Assembly: GCA_030604825.1 (NCBI GenBank) | Contig: JAUVVB010000003.1 | Span: 4,224 to 68,223 of the forward strand | DNA length: 64,000 nucleotides | Origin: Chloroflexota bacterium | Lineage (GTDB): Bacteria > Chloroflexota > Dehalococcoidia > E44-bin15 | Direction: 5' to 3' | Program-made: the position numbers and the translations under genes | In this document: in pieces, positions 27,179 to 37,261 of the stretch | Numbering within the stretch: position 1 is the first letter of the stretch | How the letters are laid out: every line of letters begins with the position of its first letter | The notes under the pieces: model-generated | Seen by the model: only the letters and a program-made list of their open reading frames with translations | Told to the model about the DNA's origin: nothing | The model's database searches: none

Positions 27179-27763
27179 ATGGACGAATTAAAGAGCGCTT
27201 TTGAGCGGGCACTGGAAAAGGCGGAAAAGCTGGGCAAGCTATCCCCCGAGGAGATGATGGAGAGGAAGGAGGAGGAATATATTCCCATTGGCAGGGCATT
27301 GGCCCAGCGCTACCTGAATCATGGCTATAGCCAGGTCCTCAAGGAGGAGGCGGATAAATATAGTCACCAGGAAAAGGAAATAGTGATCCGGGCTGTCGTT
27401 TCCACCCTGGTGCAGGCCATAGAGCTGGGAAACGATGAGCTTGCGGAGAGGGCCATGGAGGGCATCCTGGCGCTCAAAGGGGAAGGGAGACTTGGCCATA
27501 TAAAGGGAGAGATAAAGAGCCTCTTTGAGGAATATAAGCAGGCGGGAGAAGCCAAATATGAGGAGGAAGGGGAGGTGATAGAGCAAAGGGAGCGGGAGCT
27601 TTTGCGCCAGCTGGGTATCTCTGGAAGTGCCATTGCGGAGATTAACCTGGAGGCTGCTGAAGGGTGGAAGGAGCTTGCCCAGGAGCTCCGCTCGCAATAT
27701 GACCGGAGGCTTGAGGAACTCAAGCTTAAGTTGCTGCAGGCTCTCGGCCTTCCCCGGAAATAG
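27179..27763 (+). CDS. Conserved helical hypothetical protein
   Basis: MDELKSAFERALEKAEKL start; GAGGAAGG RBS; TATAAT upstream. Confidence 0.7.
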   Translation: MDELKSAFERALEKAEKLGKLSPEEMMERKEEEYIPIGRALAQRYLNHGYSQVLKEEADKYSHQEKEIVIRAVVSTLVQAIELGNDELAERAMEGILALKGEGRLGHIKGEIKSLFEEYKQAGEAKYEEEGEVIEQRERELLRQLGISGSAIAEINLEAAEGWKELAQELRSQYDRRLEELKLKLLQALGLPRK

Positions 27764-27790
27764 GGACCGAGTTCAAAAAAGGAGGAAGCG

Positions 27791-29746
27791 ATGGTTGGTC
27801 AAGAACTGAGGCTGGAAAAGCTTTTTACCCCCATCAGGATCAAATCCATGGAGCTCAAGAATCGGCTGATCATGCCCCCCATGGGCACCATACTGGCCGA
27901 TGCTGAAGGGGCAGCCACCGACAGGCTTATCGATTACTATGAGGCGCGGGCCAAGGGGGGCGCTAGCCTTATCATTGTGGAGGTCACCAATGTCCATCCC
28001 TACACCCATATAGGCATTGGCGACCGGGGGAGCTGTGCCATCTACGATGACAAGCTCATTGTCGGATGGAAGCGGTTTACCCAAAGGATTCACGCCGCCG
28101 GGGCAAAGGCCTCCATGCAGCTTTATCATCCTGGCAGGCAGACGATAACCCTGGACCCGGCGAAGCCACCCGTTGCCCCCTCGGCAGTCCCCTGTCCCTG
28201 CCCTATCTGCCACGATGTGCCCAGGGTGCTCACCATCCCCGAGATCGAGGAGCTGGTTCAGGCCTTTGCGGAGGGGGCTCGGCGGGCCAAGGAGGCCGAC
28301 TTCGATGCCGTGGAGATCCACGGTGCCCATGGCTACCTCATCGCCCAGTTCATGTCCGCCTATTCCAACAAGCGAAACGACCGCTATGGGGGTGACCTGC
28401 GGCGGAGGCTTCGCTTCCCCTTGGAGATATTGCAGGCGGTTAGGGAGCGGGTGGGCCCAGATTTCCCCATTATCTTTCGCTATAGCGCTATTGAGGATGT
28501 GCCTGGGGGCCGTGACCTGGAGGAGTCGGTGGCCATTGCCCCCCTCTTGGTGCAGGGCGGCGCCGACTGCCTCAGCATCTCCACCGGAACCTATGCCAAC
28601 CTGATGAGCAGGCTCATCGCCCCCATGGGCATGCCCATGGGGCTGAACGTTGAGGCTGCGGCGGCGGTGAAGAGGGTGGTGGATGTGCCCGTCATCGCCG
28701 TGGGCAAGCTCAACGACCCCATAATGGCGGAGGGGGTCATCGCTGAGGGCAAGGCCGACCTGGTAGCCATTGGGCGGGGGCTTATCGCCGATGCCGAGCT
28801 TCCCAACAAGTTCGTCGCGGGGCAGTTAGATGATATAAGGTGGTGCATCGCCTGTAATGAGTGCATCTTTCGCCTGGCTACCGCTGCTCGCTTCTGCTGT
28901 CTGGTGAACCCCGAGCTGGGGAGGGAGCGGGAGATGGAGCTAAAGCCTGCCCCCAAGGCGAAGCGAGTACTTGTTGCTGGCGGTGGCCCAGCGGGCCTCG
29001 AGGCGGCTAGGGTAGCTGCCCTCAGGGGTCACCGGGTTGTCCTTTACGAGAAGGAGCAGCAGCTCGGTGGTCAGTTTCGCCTCGCCTCCATCCCGCCGTG
29101 GAAGCAGGAGATAATCCCCTACCTCAATTATCTCCATCGCCAGGTGGAAAAGGCGGGCGTGGAGGTGGTGCTGGGGCAGGCGGTGACCGCTTCGGTGGTG
29201 GAGGAGATGAAGCCGGATGCGGTGGTGGTAGCCACCGGGGGAAGGCCGCAGATTCCAGATATACCGGGGATCGATGCCCAGAACGTGGTTACTGCCCATG
29301 ATATCCTGGCGGGAAGGGCGGTGGTGGGGCAAAAGGTGCTCATTGCCGGAGGTGGCATGGTAGGATGTGAGGCCGCCGATTTCCTTGCCGAATATGGAAA
29401 GGATATCACCATCGTGGAGATGCTTTCTGAACTGGCCAGCGATGTCCCCATGGGAGCAAGGCAGCTATTGCTTCAGCGCCTTGAAGCGGAAAGGGTGCAG
29501 GCTATTACCTCGGCTACCATCAAGAGAATAACTGCCGATGGTGTGGTGGTGGAGCGTCAGGGGAGGGAGGAAGCCATTGGCGGCATGGACAGCATCGTCC
29601 TCGCCCTGGGCATTGCCTCAGCTGGCGAGCTGGCCGAGGAGATCGGGGACAAGGTCAGCGAGGTTCACCTTATCGGCGATGCCAAAACCCCGGGCCGGGC
29701 CCTTGAGGCCATCGCTGCGGGCGCTGAGGTGGGGAGGCAGATCTAG
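27791..29746 (+). CDS. Old-yellow-enzyme family NADH:flavin oxidoreductase (FadH/BaiH-like enoate reductase)
   Basis: EIHGAHGY, NKRNDRYGG, CIACNEC...C..NP Fe-S motif, GGGPAGLEAA. Confidence 0.92.
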   Translation: MVGQELRLEKLFTPIRIKSMELKNRLIMPPMGTILADAEGAATDRLIDYYEARAKGGASLIIVEVTNVHPYTHIGIGDRGSCAIYDDKLIVGWKRFTQRIHAAGAKASMQLYHPGRQTITLDPAKPPVAPSAVPCPCPICHDVPRVLTIPEIEELVQAFAEGARRAKEADFDAVEIHGAHGYLIAQFMSAYSNKRNDRYGGDLRRRLRFPLEILQAVRERVGPDFPIIFRYSAIEDVPGGRDLEESVAIAPLLVQGGADCLSISTGTYANLMSRLIAPMGMPMGLNVEAAAAVKRVVDVPVIAVGKLNDPIMAEGVIAEGKADLVAIGRGLIADAELPNKFVAGQLDDIRWCIACNECIFRLATAARFCCLVNPELGREREMELKPAPKAKRVLVAGGGPAGLEAARVAALRGHRVVLYEKEQQLGGQFRLASIPPWKQEIIPYLNYLHRQVEKAGVEVVLGQAVTASVVEEMKPDAVVVATGGRPQIPDIPGIDAQNVVTAHDILAGRAVVGQKVLIAGGGMVGCEAADFLAEYGKDITIVEMLSELASDVPMGARQLLLQRLEAERVQAITSATIKRITADGVVVERQGREEAIGGMDSIVLALGIASAGELAEEIGDKVSEVHLIGDAKTPGRALEAIAAGAEVGRQI

Positions 29747-29798
29747 CTGCTTGCGCCGTGCCCTGGCTTGAAGTACAATTAGACCACGGGGTACTGGG

Positions 29799-30581
29799 AT
29801 GAAGGCAGAAAAAGCGCTTCACATCTTCACCAGGCCACAGGTGAAAAGGCCTCGCCTTGTCTTGGCCTGGGGCTGCATTGGCGAGGTGGGAATTGAAGTC
29901 CTCACCTACTTGAAGGATAAGCTGGGCGCTGGGGAGTTTGGGGAGATCGAGCCCTACGATTTCTTCGATGTGTCGGTGGCGGTAAAGGATGGACTGGTGG
30001 AACTGGAGTTCCCTCGGAGCAGGCTCTATTCCTGGGAAAGCAGAGAAGGGGAGGATCTGATCCTGCTTATCGGGGATCGCGAACCGCCCATGGCCCGCTA
30101 TGAGTACGCCAACTTCCTGCTGGATGTGGCAGAGCAATTCGCGGTGGAAAGGATATACACCGTCTGTGCCTTCCCCTCCTCGGTCTCCCACACCGCAGAG
30201 CCCAGGGTGTTCGGGGTGGTGAACGATGCAAAACTGGTGAAATACCTGGAGCAACATGAGGTAAATGGGGTGGGGGAGAGAGACCTCACCAGCATGAACG
30301 CCCTCCTGCTTGGCCTTGCCCAGCAGCGGGGATTCCAGGGCATCTACCTGCTGGCGGAGGTGCCCCTTTATGCCGTCAAAAGGGAAAATCCCAAATCCTC
30401 AAGGGCGGTGCTCAAGGTGTTGACCACCATGCTGGGCATCGATATCGATATGGCCGAGCTGGATGAAAGGGTGGGCAGGGTGGAGGAGGAGATGGATAGG
30501 GTGATGAAGGAGGCATCGCAGGCCTTTCTGGAGGATTTCACCATCGATTATCGAGACCTGTGGCGGGAAGAGGAAGGCTGA
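29799..30581 (+). CDS. PAC2 family protein (proteasome assembly chaperone-like), paralog 1
   Basis: AWGCIGEVG, EIEPYDFF, SMNALLLG, ENPKSSRAVL. Confidence 0.82.
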   Translation: MKAEKALHIFTRPQVKRPRLVLAWGCIGEVGIEVLTYLKDKLGAGEFGEIEPYDFFDVSVAVKDGLVELEFPRSRLYSWESREGEDLILLIGDREPPMARYEYANFLLDVAEQFAVERIYTVCAFPSSVSHTAEPRVFGVVNDAKLVKYLEQHEVNGVGERDLTSMNALLLGLAQQRGFQGIYLLAEVPLYAVKRENPKSSRAVLKVLTTMLGIDIDMAELDERVGRVEEEMDRVMKEASQAFLEDFTIDYRDLWREEEG

Positions 30582-31447
30582 TGGAAGCGGTTAGACTCTA
30601 CGAAGAGCCCCAGCTCAAAAGGCCCTCCCTCATTGCAGCATGGCCGGGAATGGGAGGAGTGGCCATAATAGCAGCCGAATATCTGAGGGATAAGCTGGGC
30701 GCTGAGGAGTTTGGGGAAATCGAGCCCTACGATTTCTTCGACCTGAGCGCCGTCTCCATTCGCGATCACGTGGTGGAGGAGCCCCAGTTCCCCGGGAGCA
30801 AATTCTACTTTTGGCAAGGGGAGGGAAAGGAGCTGATAATCTTCATCGGTGAGGCTCAGCCCCTGACGAAGGGCTATCGGCTTGCCAACCTGATCCTCGA
30901 TGTGGCCCAGAGGCTGAACGCCAAAATGGTTTATACCTTTGCCGCCGCCCCCAGTCATGTGCACCATTCCAAGAGGCCCAGGATACTGGGGGCAACAACC
31001 CATGCCCGGCTCATGGCGACGCTGAGCCGGAACGATGTCACGCCCATGGACGTGGGCAGCATCAGCGGCATGAACGGCCTCCTTTTAGGGGTTGCCAAGG
31101 AAAGGAACATGAGGGGGGGTTGCCTGCTGGGGGAGATCCCGGTTTACACCACCCACATACCAAATCCCAAATCATCCCGGGCTGTTCTGGAGGTCCTGAC
31201 CAAAATCCTGGGCATCGAAATCGATTTCTCCGACCTTGATAGCTGGGCTAGGGAGACAGAGGAGGAGATTGCGAAGAACATCGCTTTCCTCCGTGAGGCC
31301 CACGGGGAGGAGGCGAAGCGGCTTCTCGACTATTTCGACCAGCTAAAAGAGCAGGCCGAGGTTCAAGAGCCTCTGGAGATGAGCACCGAGGAGCTCCTCA
31401 GGGAGGTGGAGAGATTCCTCAAGGGGGAGAGGAGGAAGGAGGGCTAG
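30581..31447 (+). CDS. PAC2 family protein, paralog 2
   Basis: AWPGMGGVA, ISGMNGLLLG, PNPKSSRAVL; start overlaps the stop of paralog 1. Confidence 0.85.
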   Translation: MEAVRLYEEPQLKRPSLIAAWPGMGGVAIIAAEYLRDKLGAEEFGEIEPYDFFDLSAVSIRDHVVEEPQFPGSKFYFWQGEGKELIIFIGEAQPLTKGYRLANLILDVAQRLNAKMVYTFAAAPSHVHHSKRPRILGATTHARLMATLSRNDVTPMDVGSISGMNGLLLGVAKERNMRGGCLLGEIPVYTTHIPNPKSSRAVLEVLTKILGIEIDFSDLDSWARETEEEIAKNIAFLREAHGEEAKRLLDYFDQLKEQAEVQEPLEMSTEELLREVERFLKGERRKEG

Positions 31448-32592
31448 CCTATCATCTCCAGGAAGGCCTGCACCCTGGTCCTCAGCGGAGCCAGAGCTAC
31501 CATGGTATATTCGTGCTCCAAGTACAAGTTTGGCAGCCCAATCCCATCGAGATAGTCCTTGAGCGCAGGCACCTCATAGCCATGGGTATCACAGTACTTC
31601 ATGGACTGGAGGATCACCCCGTTGACCTTCCACTCCTCGGCGTAGTCCCTGAGGTAGCTGAACCTGGCCTCCAGGTCCTTTTGATACGACTCCGTGGTCT
31701 CCCTGAAGGTTCGAGGGCACTTGATATCAGCCAGGTAGCGATGGACTATCCCATCTAGGGGGTCTGCGGTGAGCTCCACATCCGGCCAGTAGTGCCTTGA
31801 GCCCACGCAGGTATCGTCCATCACCACATTCGCTCCCATCCCCTCCATCATCTCTATAAAGGCCACATCATCTATGGGGCTACCCCAGATGAGCAGCCTC
31901 GCCCCCTTCTTTTGGGGACCATCCTTTCTCTCCTTGACCTCCTTTATCGCCTCTCTCAGCAGCTCATTCCCTTCCTCCACCGGGATGCTCATCAGCGCCA
32001 CCACCGTCTTTAGCGTCTCCGTCCCCGAGAGGAGGGGAGGGTCTGGCTTTCTAAGCTCATATAGCTCCCTCACCAGCGCCCGCTGCTGGTTATGGAGGGA
32101 TATCTCCTGCTTCAGCCGCTCCGGGGTCATCTCCTTGCCGGCATACCCCTCTAGGGTGGTCTTGAAGGAATTAAGCTCCTCCTTGAGGAAGTCGAAGGAA
32201 GCCCGGTGCACCACATGGGGGAAGTCTATGAAGTGGTAGTAGGAGGGCTCGAGGTAATAGTCCCAAAGGTGGCACAGTTTCTCCCCGCAATCGCAAACAT
32301 GAGCCCCGACAAAGCCATCCAGGAAATCATACCTTTCCTTGAGCCCGAGATCGAAGGCGCTGCGCAGGAAGGGGCACATTATGGTGGGCAGATAGGCATC
32401 GGCCTTGGTTATCGCCTCGTTCATGTCTCCCAGAACCCTGAAGGGGACGAAATCCAGGGCGGTCACCATCTCCAGGGGGGGATAGCAGCAAAGATAGCCC
32501 ATTATCCTCTTTCCCCCGGCCTTTAGCTCCCTGACCCTTTTGTCCCTCTTTTGGTAGCTCTCGTCTGCCCTTGCCAGCCCTTTTTCTGCCAT
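31444..32592 (-). CDS. 2-hydroxyacyl-CoA dehydratase / class I benzoyl-CoA reductase family subunit (BcrC/BzdN/HgdB-like)
   Basis: GYLCCYPP, MCPFLRS, HVCDCG, DDTCVGSR, KYCDTHG, TRVQAFLEM. Confidence 0.85.
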   Translation of the reverse strand: MAEKGLARADESYQKRDKRVRELKAGGKRIMGYLCCYPPLEMVTALDFVPFRVLGDMNEAITKADAYLPTIMCPFLRSAFDLGLKERYDFLDGFVGAHVCDCGEKLCHLWDYYLEPSYYHFIDFPHVVHRASFDFLKEELNSFKTTLEGYAGKEMTPERLKQEISLHNQQRALVRELYELRKPDPPLLSGTETLKTVVALMSIPVEEGNELLREAIKEVKERKDGPQKKGARLLIWGSPIDDVAFIEMMEGMGANVVMDDTCVGSRHYWPDVELTADPLDGIVHRYLADIKCPRTFRETTESYQKDLEARFSYLRDYAEEWKVNGVILQSMKYCDTHGYEVPALKDYLDGIGLPNLYLEHEYTMVALAPLRTRVQAFLEMIG

Positions 32593-32623
32593 AGCTGAGC
32601 CTCCTTTTCCGTCATCCCTATCT

Positions 32624-33949
32624 TTACCCCAGCCCCTCCCTCTTCCTTATCTGCCGATAGTGCTCCATGGTCTCCTCGAAGGCCTCGGCCTGGTTCAAGG
32701 CCTGGGCCTCATCGAAGACGGTGAGGTCCACGATATCGCCCTGCATAAACAGCGAGGGCACCCTGGCGCGTTCCATAACCACATTTGCGCCATGCGTCAG
32801 CCAAATGCTGGCAGTGCGGCAGGTGAGCAGGGGATGAAACAGGACTCCATCCACCTTGTACTCCCTGGCAAAGTTGACATAGGGCTGAGCCCCGAGTGCC
32901 GATCGCTCTCCCCTCGGTATGTTTATGTTCGTTGAAGTGTACCAACCATAGGCGAACCGGGCAATGCGCTCCAGGGGATCGGTAACCCCCTCCATATCGA
33001 TGGGAGGCGGGGGATGATAGCCCATGCTCTCGATGACGAAGTTCCACCCCCTTTCCGCCAGCCGATCGAAGAAGCCCAGGCTGTGCCAGGGGGGGAGTTC
33101 GGCGAACATCAGCCGGTATTTCTCCCCGGCAACTGCCCCTATCCCGGCGTCTACCCTGGCCTTCACCTCCTCATATACCGCCGTATATGCCTCCAGGGTT
33201 TCCCTCTCCCCCGCCAGGTAGTAACAGGGAACCATGCAGGTCCAGAAGTCCCTGGAGTGCATCGGGCAGGGGATGGCCTTGCGCAGCTCATTACTCTCCC
33301 ACCATACCCTGAAGACCTGCTCCTGGGTGTCCAGTGCCTCGTTCAGATGGTCCCAGTCTATCTTCTTCCCCAAAAGGCGCTCCACGAAATTCACGAACTC
33401 CCTCAACTCCGCCACCATATACCTGATGACATGTTCGAAGGTGCCCTCCATGGCTGCTTCTTTCACCCCGGGGTGGGGGAACTCCAGCACCCAAACCGGC
33501 ACGTCCCAATAGCGCCTCAGCGCCTGGAACCACTTATACCTGGCGTCGCAGAAGGCGCCGGAGCTCATCATAAAGGCGGGCTTTGCCATCCCCCCCATGG
33601 GGGCTTCTGCGGGGATTTCCCCCAGCTCTATCATGCTGGTGGTATAGCCGATGCAGTTCCGGGCATAGCCGCAGAGATGGGTGGGAAAGCCCTCGGCGTC
33701 GCTCTTGCCCAGGTAACCTTGGGCCGCCCCCATGGCGGCACATACCGTGCCATAGTTTTCGGGGTAAACGGGTACCACATCCATGGCCCTGAGGATTGGA
33801 TCCCCCTCCCACCAGTTGACCATGCACCAGGCCACCGGCTTCCCCGCCTTAGCTGCCTCCACGCTCTCGATATACATCTTATCCACCATGGGGCGCATCA
33901 GCTTCCTCGATTCCAACCTGTTTATCGCCCTCTTCTTTTCCTCAGCCAT
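32624..33949 (-). CDS. 2-hydroxyacyl-CoA dehydratase / class I benzoyl-CoA reductase family subunit (BcrB/BzdO/HgdA-like)
   Basis: YPENYG, HLCGYARN, FCDARYKWF, LTCR, EAFEE. Confidence 0.85.
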   Translation of the reverse strand: MAEEKKRAINRLESRKLMRPMVDKMYIESVEAAKAGKPVAWCMVNWWEGDPILRAMDVVPVYPENYGTVCAAMGAAQGYLGKSDAEGFPTHLCGYARNCIGYTTSMIELGEIPAEAPMGGMAKPAFMMSSGAFCDARYKWFQALRRYWDVPVWVLEFPHPGVKEAAMEGTFEHVIRYMVAELREFVNFVERLLGKKIDWDHLNEALDTQEQVFRVWWESNELRKAIPCPMHSRDFWTCMVPCYYLAGERETLEAYTAVYEEVKARVDAGIGAVAGEKYRLMFAELPPWHSLGFFDRLAERGWNFVIESMGYHPPPPIDMEGVTDPLERIARFAYGWYTSTNINIPRGERSALGAQPYVNFAREYKVDGVLFHPLLTCRTASIWLTHGANVVMERARVPSLFMQGDIVDLTVFDEAQALNQAEAFEETMEHYRQIRKREGLG

Positions 33950-34028
33950 AACCAAGACCTCCTTTCCTTAGCCCCTCTATATATTAGCTCAACGGCGAGC
34001 GGAGGTAAAGCCCTAGCGGATGACGCCA

Positions 34029-34057
34029 TTGACAAATTGCCCCAAGCTGGTTAGTAT
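34029..34057 (+). promoter_or_regulatory. sigma70 promoter for acyl-CoA ligase/fabF
   Basis: TTGACA-17 nt-TAGTAT. Confidence 0.55.
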
Positions 34058-34089
34058 AGGCAAACTCATAAAAGGGTATGGGGTGAGAA

Positions 34090-35607
34090 ATGACCCTGGT
34101 CCAGATGCTCAGGGAGAAGGCGGAGCGCTACGGGGAGAAGGATTTGCTGGTCTTGGGCGATGAGAAGCTATCCTACCGCCAGCTCGATGAAACCTCAAAC
34201 AGGGTGGCAAATGCCCTGATAAAACTGGGGATGGAGAAGGGGGATCGGGTGGCCATCTTCCTCTCCAACCGCCTCGAATTCGGAATCATCTATTTTGGCA
34301 TCATAAAGGCGGGGGGCGTAGCTGTCCCCCTGGATACCCGCTATAAAGGGGATGAGCTGGCCTCCCTTTTTGGCAATTTCCAGGGCCGCTTCCTGATAAC
34401 CGAGAGCGCCTTCACCGAGACCTTAGCCCCCATTTTGCCTCACCTCAAATCCGTGGAGCATGTCATAGACCTGGATGCCCCATCTGATGCACCCTTCCAT
34501 TCCTATCGGCAGATGTTGGCGGAAAATCCCCCTTACCCTCCCCAGGTGGAGGTTGACGCTGAGGACCTGGCCATGATCATCTATACCTCGGGGACCACTG
34601 GCAATCCCAAAGGGGTGGCCAACTCCCATCGTAACATCCTCACCGAGCTGGAGGTGATGGCCAACGCCTTGGAGGTGACCGATAGGGAGGTCGCCATGAT
34701 GTTCGCCCTGCCCCTTTTTCACATCTTCGCCCTTACCGTGGCCTTCCTCACCACGGCATCGAGAGGGGGCACTACGGTCATGGTTCCCGGACTTACCCTC
34801 AGGGAGCTTCTTCAGACCATGGAGAGGAAGAGGGCTACCTGGTTTATGGGGGTGCCCTCCATACTTCTGCTGATGGCCAATATGCCGGAGGCGGAGCGGA
34901 GGAAATATGACCTCAGCTCCCTCCGGCTCTGCTTCTGTGGCGGCGCCGCCCTGCCCGCCGAGCTGATGATCAAGTTCAAGGAGCGCTTCGGTTTGCCCAT
35001 CACCCAGGTCTGGGGGCTCACCGAGGCTTCGGGGACGGTCACCCTCCAGCCCATCGATGGCTCGGGGAAGTTCGGCTCCGCGGGCAAGGTGCACCCCGGC
35101 TGGGAGCTCAAGATAGTGGATGACGATGGCAGGGAGCTACCCCCCAACGAGCCCGGGGAGATCATCGTTAAGGGGGATGGGGTGATGAAGGGCTACTACA
35201 ATAACCCTGAGGGCACCGCTGAGGCGCTAAAAGATGGCTGGCTCTATAGCGGTGACATCGCCAGGGTGGATGAAGATGGCTATCTCTTCATCATGGGGAG
35301 GAAGAAGGAGATGATCATCGTGGCGGGGCAGAACATCTATCCCAGCGATATCGAGGATGTATTATACCAGCATCCCAAGGTGGCAGAGGCAGCGGTAGTG
35401 GGCATCCCCAATGAGCTCAGGGGGGAGGCGGTGAGGGCGGTCATCGTGCTCAAGGAGGGGGAGGTGGCCACGGAGGAGGAGATCAAGAGATTCTGCCGTC
35501 AGCGCATGGCGAGCTTTAAAGTGCCCAAGGAGGTCAGGTTTGCAGCTTCCATGCCCAAGACCCCCACCGGGAAGATCCGCAAGGAGGAGCTGAAGAAGTT
35601 GACATAA
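34090..35607 (+). CDS. Long-chain-fatty-acid--CoA ligase (AMP-binding)
   Basis: IYTSGTTGNPKG, WGLTE, YSGDIA, GRKKEMI, PKTPTGKI. Confidence 0.93.
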   Translation: MTLVQMLREKAERYGEKDLLVLGDEKLSYRQLDETSNRVANALIKLGMEKGDRVAIFLSNRLEFGIIYFGIIKAGGVAVPLDTRYKGDELASLFGNFQGRFLITESAFTETLAPILPHLKSVEHVIDLDAPSDAPFHSYRQMLAENPPYPPQVEVDAEDLAMIIYTSGTTGNPKGVANSHRNILTELEVMANALEVTDREVAMMFALPLFHIFALTVAFLTTASRGGTTVMVPGLTLRELLQTMERKRATWFMGVPSILLLMANMPEAERRKYDLSSLRLCFCGGAALPAELMIKFKERFGLPITQVWGLTEASGTVTLQPIDGSGKFGSAGKVHPGWELKIVDDDGRELPPNEPGEIIVKGDGVMKGYYNNPEGTAEALKDGWLYSGDIARVDEDGYLFIMGRKKEMIIVAGQNIYPSDIEDVLYQHPKVAEAAVVGIPNELRGEAVRAVIVLKEGEVATEEEIKRFCRQRMASFKVPKEVRFAASMPKTPTGKIRKEELKKLT

Positions 35608-35614
35608 GGAGAGT

Positions 35615-36859
35615 GTGGTGAAAAGAAGGGTGGTAATTAGCGGCATGGGATTGATAACGCCGCTAGGCATGGGGCTGGAAACCAATTGGCAGGCGCTGTG
35701 CCAGGGGAGATCGGGGATAGGGAAGGTCACCAGATTTGATGCCAGCTCCTTCCGCAGCCAGATTGCCGGTGAGGTGAAGGACTTTGATGCCGCCGATTTC
35801 ATGGATGTGAGGCTGGCGCGAAGGATCGACCCCTTTATCCAGTTTGCCCTGGCAGCAGCCTTGATGGCGGTGGAGGACTCCCAGCTTAAGATCAGCCCCT
35901 CCAACGCGGAGCGGGTTGGCGTCATCGTGGGAACGGGCCTGGGGGGGCTAGCAACCATGGAGAGAAACGCTCAGCTCCTTCTTGCTGGGGAGCAGCACCG
36001 GATTTCCCCCTTCTTCCTTCCTGGCTTCATCGCCAACATGGCTCCAGGGCAGATCGCCATCACTTTGGGCGCCAAGGGACCCAATAGCTGTCCGGTGACC
36101 GCCTGTGCTGCCGGGACCCATGGTGTAGGGGATGCCTTCAAGGTGATTCAGCATGGGGAGGCCGATGTCATGATCGCGGGGGGGACGGATGCCCCTGTCA
36201 CCCCATTGGTCTTCGCCGGGCTGGATGCCATGAGGGCCACCTCCACCAGAAGCGACCAGCCGGAGCGGGCTAGTCGTCCCTTCGATAAGGACCGCGATGG
36301 CTTTGTCGTCTCCGAGGGCGCAGGCATCCTCATCCTCGAGGAGTTGAATCATGCCTTGGCCCGAGGGGCAAAGACCTATGCTGAAGTGGTGGGCTACGGC
36401 TTCAACAACGACGCCTATCACATGACCGCTCCATCACCCGATGGGGAGGGGGCCGCTCGCTGCATGAGGATAGCCCTCAACGATGCCCAGCTCTCCCCCC
36501 AAGAGGTGGATTACATCAATGCCCATGGCACCTCAACCCCCCTAAACGACCTCTCGGAAACCCTTGCCGTAAAGGAAGTCTTCGGGGAGCATAGCAAGAA
36601 GCTTTGCCTCAGCTCCAATAAATCCATGGTGGGACATCTCTGTGGCGCTGCGGGGGCGGTGGAGGCCATCTTATCTGCTCTCACCATCAACAGGGGGATC
36701 ATCCCGCCTACCATCAACTATGAGACCCCCGACCCCCAGTGTGACCTCGATTATGTGGCCAACCAGGCTCGGCAGGCCAAGGTGAGGATTGCCCTCTCCA
36801 ACTCCTTCGGCTTTGCCGGCCACAACGGTACCGTAGTCCTCAGGGAGTTCGAGGAGTAG
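35615..36859 (+). CDS. fabF: 3-oxoacyl-ACP synthase II
   Basis: VTACAAG, PFDKDRDGFV, INAHGT, KSMVGH, SNSFGFAG. Confidence 0.93.
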   Translation: MVKRRVVISGMGLITPLGMGLETNWQALCQGRSGIGKVTRFDASSFRSQIAGEVKDFDAADFMDVRLARRIDPFIQFALAAALMAVEDSQLKISPSNAERVGVIVGTGLGGLATMERNAQLLLAGEQHRISPFFLPGFIANMAPGQIAITLGAKGPNSCPVTACAAGTHGVGDAFKVIQHGEADVMIAGGTDAPVTPLVFAGLDAMRATSTRSDQPERASRPFDKDRDGFVVSEGAGILILEELNHALARGAKTYAEVVGYGFNNDAYHMTAPSPDGEGAARCMRIALNDAQLSPQEVDYINAHGTSTPLNDLSETLAVKEVFGEHSKKLCLSSNKSMVGHLCGAAGAVEAILSALTINRGIIPPTINYETPDPQCDLDYVANQARQAKVRIALSNSFGFAGHNGTVVLREFEE

Positions 36860-36919
36860 ACCGCGGCACATAGCAAAATAAGGGGTGGATTGGGCTAGGC
36901 CGGCGTGAAGTATTGTGCA

Positions 36920-36965
36920 TGGTGGGCCGCAAGGGAATCGAACCCCTGACACGCGGATTAAAAGT
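36920..36965 (-). repeat. attR-like displaced 3' half of tRNA-Lys, including CCA
   Basis: Reads ACTTTTAATCCGCGTGTCAGGGGTTCGATTCCCTTGCGGCCCACCA; 38/43 identical to 39400-39442. Confidence 0.92.
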
Positions 36966-37083
36966 GCGTCCGCGCTCATCCCGCCCTATGCCGCCAGATA
37001 CGATTTGGTGCTGTCCCGTCCACCGCCACCGCCCATTTCGTATCTGCTGGTGATGCCCTGTGCTGCCCCGTGCTAACCAGTAT

Positions 37084-37102
37084 GTTTGCAAAATGTTTGC
37101 AA
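37084..37102. repeat. 19-bp arm-type repeat, copy 1
   Basis: GTTTGCAAAATGTTTGCAA, identical to 39362-39380. Confidence 0.9.
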
Positions 37103-37261
37103 CTTTTGGGGGTGAATGACGGGGATGGAAGGCTGGTTAATCACAGGGTGGGGGACTTAGGGAGGATAACCCTGAATTGCTTGTTGAGTGTTTGGGTTAT
37201 GCAAGCGCAAGAGGCAAGGTGATTGTTGATCGAAGGTCAAGTGAAGGAATGTTCCTCTACA

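Noticed and set aside
34090-36859. Ladderane or specialised-lipid cluster (fabF with the B12 radical SAM gene)
   Set aside because: The radical SAM gene is more than 22 kb away, is TsrM-like, and no ACP or other fab genes are adjacent.
36920-36965. Second functional tRNA-Lys
   Set aside because: Only the anticodon loop to CCA is present; the D-arm and 5' acceptor strand are missing. It is an att remnant.
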